DNA from: Octopus vulgaris
Taxonomy: Eukaryota
Reading direction: 5' to 3'
Length of the DNA: 64,000 nucleotides
Assembly (NCBI GenBank): GCA_951406725.2
Contig: OX597815.1
Span: 177,692,001 to 177,756,000 of the forward strand
Shown piece by piece: positions 52,784-64,000 of this stretch; the first letter of the stretch is position 1; every line of letters starts with the position of its first letter. Position numbers and translations under genes: made by a program. The notes beneath the pieces are model-generated. The model worked only from the letters and a program-made list of their open reading frames with translations, was not told the origin of the DNA and ran no database searches.

Positions 52784-55700
52784 GCTGAAAAATGTTTTTT
52801 TTTCTTTATCGGCAGCGTGGTTTTATTAAATTACCAAACATGTCGTAATATAACACTGGGAATGTCTACATTTGCACAAAGTTATGCATACAAATTCACG
52901 AATCCACCCACACACACACACACAGAGAGAAGGTTATAAGAAGGAGATAGAATGAAGTGCACACTTCAATGCATACCTGAGGTATACATTTAAGAACATC
53001 CAGGTGACTCTGCTGTTCGTTACTGGTTATGTGAAAGCTAGGCATATAATTATATCTTCAACTATTATTTTTCGGAGCATGATGCTCTTCTTGTGCCAAA
53101 AGATTCTAAAAAACAATAATTATGTTATAGAGTTACCGCTGTAGATAACCGGTATTTTTATTGAATGTTGATTGAAAAAGAGTGAAACTGTTTTACGTAT
53201 AGCGAATGTGTAGTCGATTCTACCGGTTCTTCCTTTTATCTTGGAGATTGCTTCAGGTGCGCCAGGAAAAAGTTTCTTTATTAAATTATTGTATTCTGTA
53301 AAATGGATGCGCGAAGATCTTTTTGTTGATATTACAATTCCGTTGATCAATAATTACTTACTTTTCATATTATGAATTAGGGACATAAAAATATTTGATG
53401 ATATGTTTAATCGAATTGAAACTTATCAGGATATGATGAAAACGATAAGTTAAAATAGAGAAAGAATGAGCGATAGTGAATGCAACGAAATGTGACAAAT
53501 AAATTAAGGAATATCAGATAACTTAGAGAATTAAGGACAGCACATTTTCAGATATTCACTAGGTCTTAGGCTCGATATATTTGACATTTCAATACATTAT
53601 GTGAGAAGAGGTTAAAGTATTGAAATTCTCTGCATTATGCGATTAATGTTCATGTGACAAATTTTTTCTAGAAAAGGACCACAGAAACTATTTTCACTCA
53701 ATTTAATATAATCTAAGGCAATTTCAAAATGAAATGATCACAGTTTCAATATACATCATGAAAACTATAGAACATTTTTTTTTACTATACAGAGCTCTTG
53801 AATTTGTATCGTTCCTGTCTCAAATTTTCTCCTGTCCTTTCACTGTCAAAAAAGTTCAAGTCCCAAATATGTGAAAGACGTATATGAAATCTAAGTATTT
53901 TATCTATATCATTAATTTGAATGACACAACTACAGGGACGACGTTTTCGGATTAAAAGAATTAATCCATGTATCCACAATTTGATCGTTGACGGATCAGG
54001 AGAAGCGTATGCTACTCGATTCCAAGCAGTTGTGTGCGACTTTTGAGTGGCACTTCGCATTGGGTCGGACGGACGGTAGACTGGGGACCTTGTGCGCTTT
54101 ACCGGCCATTTTGATAGCCTGCCACAATTAAAAGGGGGTTAACAGTTACGGTATGTACATTAGTAGCCCCGATTTTCTGTAGCGACTGCAGTTGAGTATA
54201 TAAACGGATTAGCTGCTTCTTCATCTGAAATTGGTGAAATTGACGAAGACGCCTTTAATAATGTGAACCCAATAAGGTTTGATAATTGATTAAAGTTGTT
54301 AATCATTTTTACAATCAACAGAGAAACAGCTAAATTAACTCTGTTCGTAAATCTACTCTATAGGTTACATACGTTAGATAACGTTATTTATGGAGATCTT
54401 TTTAAAGATATTCACGTTTAATAGTATCATCGATTAAGTCACGTATGTTCGAGTGTATGGGTATGGCTAGTTTTCTTAATGACCGTCGTCAGTCATGTAA
54501 ACATGCTTCTATAAAATCAATACATTCTTCTATGTTTATTGTACTTAAAATAAATATGGAAAATTTTATATCGCTTTCACGTTTTATGAATAATAATGAA
54601 CCGATCGATATTTCCCCCAATATATACCAATTATAGCATACATTTTAACAACAGCGATTACATCCCGTTGTATTTGTTGTAATAATTCAAACTTCATTTT
54701 ATAATATTATAGCTACTAACTTCTATCAATATGTGTATGGTAACATACGCATCGTAACCTAAATATACGTTATGATATGTTACTTTTTAAAAGTTTTTTT
54801 ACGATATTAAATATTTTGAGATATCTTCGTTTTCTAATTGCTTCTCAGAGGACTCTTAAACATATTCAATCTACATGACGGCCAGATTATTAGGGAAACC
54901 TAAACAGCTATACACGTATCATTTTAGACTTCTTTGCGCGTTAGTAATTCTGTCTGCACTCGCTTCAACCAGATTGACCACTCATGTTATTTGCCAGCTT
55001 TCTCATATTTTATATATTTGAAAGTTCTTTTGGATATACAAAAAAAATCAGCGTCTTTTCTATGATGAATTAACCGGTCTTCTTTGAATTGTTATCTTTC
55101 TGTTTTTCAGAAATCATTTTGCATTAAATCGAACGATGCATGTGACCTCGCACGGAACACCCTTTAGAATTTACATTTCTAATAATTTCACTACATTCTA
55201 TATTGGTTGTACATTTATTTTGGATCTAAAATAGTTATTTTCCCGATTTACAATCTTTAATCCTAATTCATGCATTTATAATAAATCACATTTAATTTTA
55301 TACTGGTCACACATCGTTCAGCCTGTATTCTGCTATTCGCAGTGTTTGACAAAACGTCTTGAATATAAAAAAGTGTTTTGAAATGCCTTTCAATTCGTTC
55401 ACTAAAATGTTATAAATGACAACGGCATAGCTGTTTTTGTGGCTACACATATACCATGTATTATATTCAGAGGTACACGGATTTCTATTTCACATCACTC
55501 ATTTTGTGGTGTCTCGCAGGAGAAGATTTTAAAATGGTTTTAGAAAAGTATGTTGGGCATATATATGAATTGTGTGGCAACAAAACTCAATTAACTCTGA
55601 GAAATAACAGATCACGTGGTTTTTACTGTTGCTGGTGCTTCTAAATATTATTTACTATTTAACATTGCTGGAGCTTGCAGCCATTTCTATTTCTGCAGTC

Positions 55701-55959
55701 ATCAAACAACAGCAGTTTAAATACAGCACTGACTGTAATAAACAAATGCGAAAATTGATGTCACTTACATTTGTTAAGTAGAAATCGGTTATGGTTTGAT
55801 ATACAGATGTATACTCTTGTTTTTCAAGTTCCTCTTGAGAATATAACTGCCTGAATATAACAGCGATAAAACCGACCTAAATAGATTCTTTTTTCTGGAA
55901 ATTGAACGTAGTTTTGGAATAAATTCCCAAAAGACGGCGGTAGTTAGTCTATATTGATT

Positions 55960-56145
55960 TCAATATTTGGCACAAGAACAGCACTTTCGTGGGAAGTGGT
56001 AAGTCGATTACATCAACTCCGGTGCTCAATTGGGACTTATATAACTGACAACAAAAGGATGAAAGAAAAGCTCAACCTCAGCGGACGAAATAATACTAAG
56101 CATCTTTTCCCGGGGTGCCAACGATTGTGCCGTCTTGCCGTCTTC
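55960..56145 (-). mobile_element. Highly degenerate SINE family 1 copy
   Basis: AGTCGATTACATCAAC..AAAGGATGAAAG.AAAG.TCAACCTCAGCGGA..AATACTAAGCAT. Confidence 0.7.
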
Positions 56146-57170
56146 CTTGTTAACCTGTATTGACAATAAATTTTCTGCCGACGATTCTCTACTTAGAAAA
56201 AGATCATTTACGTAATAATCTCTTCGAATGGTGAGTTAAGATGGTTATTATCATGTATAAATATCTGTTCTGGTCACGCAGAGCGGTAACAAAGATCGCT
56301 TTCCATCATTCAGAATGTTTGATGAAATACGCGACTCGGAGTCATTGGCTGACTACGTGACGCTAATCCCCTTCTAACAACTGACGTTTATATATAATAC
56401 ATCGTAAGAAGAAGCGGTTACGATTTGATGAGGCGGGAAGTTGAAATCGATTTAGCTCACAATCGATTTAGCTGCTGATAGACATGTAATTAGTTTGTGT
56501 AACAGCACAGAAAAATAGAAACGCAACACGTAGATGTCTACAGGTGTGGTTTTCTGGTAACGTTTGACAATTAATCGAATAATATTTTCGCATTGAAAAT
56601 CAATGTGTTCCGGGATATTTGCATGTATGCGTTTATGCTTCGAAGATTCACGTATTCAGATGTAGCATTAACACTTTAATATGTTGAAATATGGTACAAT
56701 TCTATCACACGAGTGAAATCGAAATTTTGGAATAAGTGCGTTTGGACGTTATGCATACGTACTTGGCAAACGATTTACAGCTAATTATAATCTTTTGATA
56801 ATATATGTGTATATAAAAAGAAATATTTGGAATGAAAGGATGCATGTGTGAAATTATTTAAAAACCTTGTAAAAAAATTCTATTAAATCATAACTAAGAA
56901 GAGGAAATATATGATTTTCCCGAGGGATAATGGCAAAACTTCTACTAGTCTTGAACCCGACGACCAACAGATCAGATCTAAGCAAGATACTGCAGTCAGA
57001 CAGGTTTTTTGTACGTGCTTTTTCTTCCAATGAAAGTGAGTTTTTCATTGGAATATCACAAATAATTATAAAAGTTAATCCAAATATGTAAATCCTTCAG
57101 ATATTTATGCATCTTAAAGATTTTCAATTTGCCATTCAAACATATACTCATAGTGTTTCAAAACATTTGA

Positions 57171-57401
57171 AAGCGGTGAGCTTGCAGAAACGTTAGCACG
57201 CCGGGCGAAATGCGTAACCATATTTCGTCTGCTGTTACATTCTGAGGTCAAATTCAGCCGAGGTCGACTTTGCCTTTCATCATTTCGGTGTCGATAAATA
57301 AGGTACCAGTTTCGCACTGAGGTCGATGTAATCGACTTAATCCCTTTGTCTGTCCATGTTTGTCCCCTCTATGTTTAAACCCTTGAAGTAGTAAAGAAAT
57401 A
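57171..57401 (+). mobile_element. SINE family 1 monomer, tail 1
   Basis: Colinear with 20189-20420. Confidence 0.92.
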
Positions 57402-58021
57402 TATCTTGTATCTTCAGAATTGCGTCATCTTTTTGAATCATGCATATGCATTAAATATTCCTCATATGTTGTAGTATTTCATTACCTGGAACACTGCAAA
57501 TCCCAGTTTGTACAACAGTTTAACAAGAATAGTTTTATGCACGCATGTTGTATTCATTAAAGTCTAATAAATCCAGCGCTACATTGTAACTGAAATCCAT
57601 AATGATAAATATATGCGTTGCCATTGATACATTTAAAGGATTCCGGAAATCCCAGGAACGCACAACGGGAATGTCTTTGGCTGCGAATGAAACAAAGTTA
57701 GTTTTTATTGTATCAATAACAATTCGAAGGATCTCTTGTCTTTAATCTGAGGACAGATGCAGAGTAACTTTCAGATTAGCTTACAGCAGCTACAAAAAGG
57801 CGAAGAAATACACTGACAAAGACAAACTAGTGAGCATAAATAACAGCTGTAATGTATGTAAGTTGTTCAGTCAACCGACCATAAGAATACTCAAGAAAAG
57901 AGACCAATTCTTATGTATGTACAGGAAGTATTTCATAGAAATATAGTCTCCGTAGAAACTTAAATAGCTTCCAAATCACATACTTCCAGATTGCCAGAAT
58001 GAGATATATATCTATAAAAGC

Positions 58022-58180
58022 GAAGGCGTGGTTGTGTGGTAAGAAGATTGTTTTCCCGACCACATGGTTCCAGGTTCAGTACCTCTGCGTGGCACCCTCG
58101 GCTAGTGTCTTCTACTATAACCTCGGGCCGACCAAAGACAGGTGAGGGGATTTCGTAGCCCGAAACCGAAAGAAACCCAG
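58022..58180 (+). mobile_element. SINE family 3 5' half
   Basis: GTGGTTGTGTGGTAAGAAG..CCACATGGTTCCAGGTTCAGT..CCTCGGGCCGACCAAAG. Confidence 0.85.
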
Positions 58181-58386
58181 ACAGAGCAGATGATGCTCAT
58201 CATGAAATACTACTAAAAATATCACGCAGCAAACTCTATATTTTTATTCCTAATTACACTGATACCAGAGATACCTGTTTTAAGTGTCGAAAGTTGGAGA
58301 CACGTCGTATCGAGAAGCTGGAGACATGTATTAAACGCTTGCTGTTTAATCTGTTTGAATAAACGGATGTAAGCTGGGGAGTCCTA

Positions 58387-59665
58387 TACGGTTCAATGCA
58401 GAGATTTGGGGATATTTTCAGGGGAAACATTTATTAACTGCAAAGATGTACAAAATCTTGATCCCCTTCAAAGTAGGATCCTCTAAGTTCAATGCACTTG
58501 TTACAGCGTCCCGGTCACTTTGTCAAGCCCACATGAAATCCCTTCGAGTTAAAGGTGTCCAGAACCCTTGAAACAGCTTCCTTCGTCTTCAGATCGACTA
58601 CCCTTAACATTCTCGTTTATATCAGGGAACAACCAAATGTCACTAAGAGCAAGTCCTGGAGTGTAGGAGGTGGGTGCAGAGGACATTTTTATGTCCATCT
58701 CATTCAAGTTATTGGTAACCAGGATGGAACTGTGGACTGTCGCATTGTCCAGGACCCGAGTGCAAGGGTTATGGCACTTTGCGATGAAATATTTTCTTGA
58801 ACTCTCTCAAACCTCATCTAAGTGCCTTTTGTTGGTGGTCTACTCGCAAGGAATCCAAAGGAAGTTAATGATGCCCCTGTAGACTTGTTTTACCGGTCCT
58901 TCTTGGGCCTGGGGTAACAAGGATGCTTCCATGAGATACTCTGACTCTTGGTTTTCGGACCATTTTTAAGTGGAACCAGCTTTCATCGCAGGTGAGCAGA
59001 GATTCAAGTACTCTCAGATTGGAAGTAATGAACTCAACCACCTCCCTATTGTCACCAAGGTATCTTTCCTTCTGTTCATCACAGAGCAACCTGACAAGAA
59101 ACTCTCCACAATAATTCTGTGTACAATTACCATGCCAAATCCAAACTCTGTGGTGCCTTTTCTTTTTATACACAAACAATAACTTTTATCTGGAAGATTG
59201 TAAATTTTCGTAACCAGCTCTTACGTTCCTCCGTCTGTCTTCTTCCCACATGAGAAGGAGATAATGGAGAGGACGTTACAATGTCTCTCACCTTCACTCT
59301 ACTATCTTTGAAGCTGTTGTACCAGCGAAAATCATGTTCTGCTCATACAAGTTAGTCCATAATCTTTCGGGATCATTTCATAAGCTCCTCTAGCCTATTT
59401 GCCAAGTGTAACATTGTTGCTTGCAGCACTTCCAAATGGCCTTCATTTTCCCACTGCATTCTACAAAGCAATCAGATGTGGAAAACAATGTGTATTAGTT
59501 TGTGTTAAAAGTGCTGTTACATTCGTCTCCCTCAATACGAAGCAAAAACGTTGGTCAGTTCAGCTTATTAGACGTGAGGTAATAATATGCTTGAATATCA
59601 GTTATGTAGGACAGTTACAATTGTCTCTCCTCAAAAGCTCTCAAACCTTCTAAAATAATCCTAGG
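58387..59665 (-). mobile_element. Decayed mariner (DD34D-type) transposon
   Basis: Minus strand: LLTCDESWF, LDNATVH..YTPGLALSDIWLFP (YSPDLAPSD-like; 35-residue spacing in this indel-affected copy), RCNKCIELRGSYFEGD. TIRs are degenerate and ends approximate. Confidence 0.88.
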
Positions 59666-59779
59666 AACCATTGCTTTACCTCAGATAAAGTGTAAATGGG
59701 TGCCGTCCCCTGCAACGCACTCAGACAGTCTAAAACATGTCCTCATAATTATGTTCCTTGTCTATTACTGGGCATACCG

Positions 59780-60330
59780 AGGAAATCGCACTGCACTGTT
59801 GGCAGATACTCAGATATAAGGACGTCGGCAAAAGAGATTAAGTTCCTACAGCTTGTGTCCAGCAGTGATGCAGCGTAGTCTTGATTCAAGATGGAAGGAA
59901 GAGAATCGTTGAATGTGGACAACTTCAGGTATTTGTAGAGTGTTATCTTTCTGGAGTGGACACCTGAAAGTATAGCGAAGATCCAGAAACCTACTCAGGT
60001 ATTGTAAAAGTCCATATACACTATATTTCAGTTGAAGGACCATTAGTCCTCCAAAAAAATGAAAGTTCATAATACTGTTGAACCGTCATCGCTTTTGACT
60101 AAGTTGCGAACCGATGTGAACAAGAATGACAATGCTGCAGAGCACTGTTTGCATCCACTTCATCATTGAAAGATATAGAAAAAACAAAACTTCTATTACT
60201 GACTCCTCCCAAGAATACTGCTTCTTTCCGCACATGATGACGCACCTTCGCTAAGTTACAGCAAAATAGGCCATAAAATTCATGTAACCAGACCTTCTGC
60301 GAACAGATACAACACACGAGACACTTTCGC
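59780..60330 (+). mobile_element. Very old RTE-like LINE remnant
   Basis: LNVDNFRYL*SVI (V..FKYLGS.I) plus weak downstream motifs. Confidence 0.5.
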
Positions 60331-62166
60331 TACCAGATAACAACAATAGGCCAGAAATTCGAGAATTGGATATTCAGCTTACAACGCGATACCATAACAA
60401 GCTTCTCATGGAAACATCAGCAATTGCCCACCTGTTTGTAATATAGAGAGGATATAGTTGAACGCGGCTGAGCATAAAAAATTAAACAATGATATTTTCA
60501 TAGATATTTGCAGCGCTGTAATCACTTCACTGGATTAGAATTTTTCTGATAAAAAGAAAAAAGAAAAATTGACAGGTCAGTCAGTCACCCGCTGACACCT
60601 GCTGACACTCGTTGACGCTACATTGAAGAGGCCAGGGAACAGAAGAAGAAAGAAGACATGCACCCAACACCAGAGTTGAAGACACCTCCGAAAGTGGGGG
60701 CCCCTCCACGTCAAAACGGTAGAAGAGTAGGGGCTGAAACCGGACGTAGTTCCTCCTGATCATGTCTTGAGCGAACAGGATCCTATAAAGGAGCTGTTGT
60801 GGTAGCAGACCACGAAACACGGTTGAAATTCCTCCTTGTCCTTTTCCACCGGCCAAGATACCAGACCCGTATAAAAAACATTGTCTCTAACTCTCTTGCG
60901 TCTTCTTCACTGATATCATCGCATCATATCAAAATGTTAAATTATTTTGAAATTATAAATAAAATATTATTCACAAATGTTTTTCTATAAATTTTTGTTG
61001 CTGATTTTACTGATAAATCGAATTCCACTTGTAACGAGTCCCTCATCTTTATGTAAAGACGCATATTGAAGAATATTTGATTTCTTTAATACATCTATCA
61101 AATGTTTGTTTTTTAGGATATACTCTGCCGTGGATTTAATCATCTGTTTCTTAATTTATTGACTGTAATACGGGTTGATGAAAGGAAATGTCAAATTTGA
61201 TGGGCTTTGAACTTAAAGAAAATGCATTATGATCAATTATGAAGGCCTTCTCACCATTCATAAATCCATGAATGCTTGCTTTCTTTTTCACAATTTGTTA
61301 TTTGAACAACAATCATACATAAACGTAATAAAGAAACTGATATTCAGATGTGTATGTCATAACTCTACTAGCTTAACGCCTAAACTATATATTATGATTT
61401 GATATTATGCCTTACTGATTGTGGGTTCGCTAATATCAAGTATCACTGAAGTTCTCGACAGTATTTTTATTGTCTCACTCACTAACCTCCCTCATATATC
61501 TGACAGTAATGTATGCGGTGAAAAATATATCTATCTAAGTATGAAGGATGAAGTTGTCAAATATGAACATCCCTTCGCTTTATAAGCCTCACTATAAGCG
61601 CACATCTTAGAAAACCGAAAGGAGATTCTTGTTTCCAAGATTTTAGATAATTGCTAATGGTTTTTCTTTTCTTTCTTTGACAGAACTTAAAGAATTACAC
61701 GACATGCTACAGGGAGTTCAAAACTGATGGCAGGGAGAGAGAGAATTATTGCCAGTCTGGAATGTGGTCCGAATGCTTGGAACTAAGGGAACTTGCTCAA
61801 GTCCCCAAAGATTGCAGGTTGTGGCGTAAAACTGGGGAACAGGATATGTTCACCCTCAAGTTGACATAGAAGAAGAAATCAAAGACCAAACGCGACAAAG
61901 CGACCGCATTAACGTTTTTACAATACCGTCAAAATACCCGCTTGGATTGGTGCTTTTTCTCTCAACTGCTAACGTATGAGTGGAAAAGTTGACCAAGAAC
62001 GGATTTGAACTTAGAATAATAGTAACTAGAACAAACACCTCGAAAGCATTGTGTCAGACGCTCGAATTTCTCTAACATGATAATGAATGAATCTCTATGA
62101 GATTTCAACAAATTACTTCTGTAAACACCTAAAAGATGTAATTCTTAATATACATATAAAGGTTAA

Positions 62167-62695
62167 GGCAGCGAGCTGGCAGAAACGTTAGAACGCCGGG
62201 CGAAATGCTTAGCAGTATTTCGTCTGCCGTTACGTTCAGATTTCAAATTCGGCCGAGGTCGATTTTGCCTTTCATCATTTCGGGGACGATAAATTACGTA
62301 CCGGTTACGCACTGGTGTTGATATAATCGTCTTATCCGTTTTTCTGTCCTTGTTTATTCCCTCTGTATTTAGCCCCTTGTAGGTAGTAAAGAAATAGGTA
62401 TTTCATCTGTCTATACGTTCTGAGTTTCTGCCGAGGTCGACTTTGCCTTACATCCTTTCAGGGTCGATGAATTAAGTACCAGTTGCGTACCTGGGTCGAT
62501 CTAATCGACTGGCCCCCTTCCCCAAAATTCCGGACTCTGCGCCTAGAAAAGAAAATAATGTTTAGAACGGCCGACTTTAAGTTCTGAGTTCAAATTCAGC
62601 CGAGGTCGACTATTCCATTCATCTTTTCGGGATCAACAAAATAAGAACCAGTTAAGCCCTAGGGTCGATATATTCGACTTACCCCTCCCCACAAG
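62167..62695 (+). mobile_element. SINE family 1 trimer-like array
   Basis: Full monomer with tail 1, junction GAAATA|GGTATTTCATCTG near 62397, headless monomer with tail 2, third partial core from ~62575. Confidence 0.9.
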
Positions 62696-64000
62696 CTTCC
62701 TGCTGAATAATATTTTAATATATATTAAGGTTTCTATATGAGCATGAACGAAACATAATGATCTAGATAATTGAAAGTGTCAATATACCATTTTCTTGTT
62801 GATATCGCTCCAAGAGAATAAGATGAGTCTCAACCATAACATTGAAAGTTCTCATCAATCTTGCCAGGGCAAAAATTAATACCATTACTATATCGTCAAC
62901 ATACGTCACTGATAAATCATCTCTCTTTAATACGTGTACTTTTTTTTAATATTCCAATCAATATGTTCTGTTTTGAAATCATTGAAATTGCAGTGATGTA
63001 AATTAATATATTCTAATAATTTATCACGTAGATATATCGTTGTTGATATAAAAAATCGCTTAAGTTTTGTTTATAATAACGTTTGTTTTATTTAAAATAC
63101 ACTTTTTCCCCCTTTAGGAATACGTTTTCGGCAATTTTTTTCCTTCTGCTTTTTTTAAATGCTACCTTTTTTTGTTTGTGTCATTTGGCTAAAGCTAATA
63201 TTACTGAATCTGAATACGCCAGGGAAATTAAACTGCCAGCTGAATATTTAAAATAAAAATGAAAATAAAAAATGCTTTATTTCTGCTTTAATGACAATAT
63301 TGACATATTTATTGATGAGCTGAGTGAAGATTTTACATTATTCTACAGCAATATAAAATTCGTCAAGCAATATATTTTAAATTAGATGTTTGTCACTGAC
63401 TAAATTATATAAGCTGAGCGCAGTATCAGAAGTTTTAAGTTTCACTATATCATTTTAGAAAGCATGTCGGAGATAATGCTGGGTTAAATGACTACAGTCG
63501 TTTTATATATGTTTGTTATTTTACACCAATTTCATTATTTTTCAGGTATTTTATTTTTTTCGGTTTCTTTTAGAAAAGAGAAATATGATCAAGAGAAAAA
63601 GACGGTGAGGCTGTGCGAGCGATGCAGAGACCATAAGAAAAAAAGTAAATGAGTGAAATGAATAAAACATCTAATTGAGAAAGATGAAATAGTCATTAAG
63701 AGAGGAAGAAGAAAAGAGTTGGCAGCGAAGTCAACGGTGCTAGCGTGATACTGACGGTTACGATAGCTACAGAAAGATCATACACAATTATACTACTATA
63801 CAACGTATGTAATTTTAGACTGACAAAACTGCAAATTAGCCAACCTGATATCGTGTCTTCAAATCTGAACTACAAATGACCCTTGAACTTTAGAAAATAA
63901 TCCGCCCTAATAAGATGGACGTATGCTTTTATATATCATATATCAAAATGAATTCAGAAAAGATTAATAACATATTTGATGAATGATAATTCATTAAGGG

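Noticed and set aside
61660-61870. Strong acceptor followed by ELKELHDMLQGVQN*
   Set aside because: Neighbouring frames (MLQG.., ELAQ..DCRLWRK) resemble a decayed RTE C-terminus. A host exon cannot be supported without RNA data.

Overview
AT-rich eukaryotic DNA, intergenic or deep-intronic and dense in microsatellites. The SINE families resemble those I recall from Octopus genomes, so a cephalopod source is an inference, not a search result. I find no intact host gene, rRNA, true tRNA or CRISPR array; nearly all listed ORFs are translations of microsatellites or decayed transposons. The window holds Tc1/mariner fossils (one DD37D/maT copy with both TIRs), fragments of RTE, CR1-like and R4/Dong LINEs, a decayed Penelope-like element (RT plus GIY-YIG) split by a Dong insertion, and at least four tRNA-derived SINE families that swap tails. 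The most interesting signal is a set of small non-coding elements carrying minimal type I hammerhead-ribozyme-like motifs. Two related ~300-355 nt units show head-to-tail junctions, as expected of retrozymes copied from a circular or multimeric RNA. One element joins a tRNA head to a hammerhead-bearing tail, and several fold-back elements break inside hammerhead helix II. All translations, alignments and folds were done by eye, so boundaries of degenerate elements are approximate.
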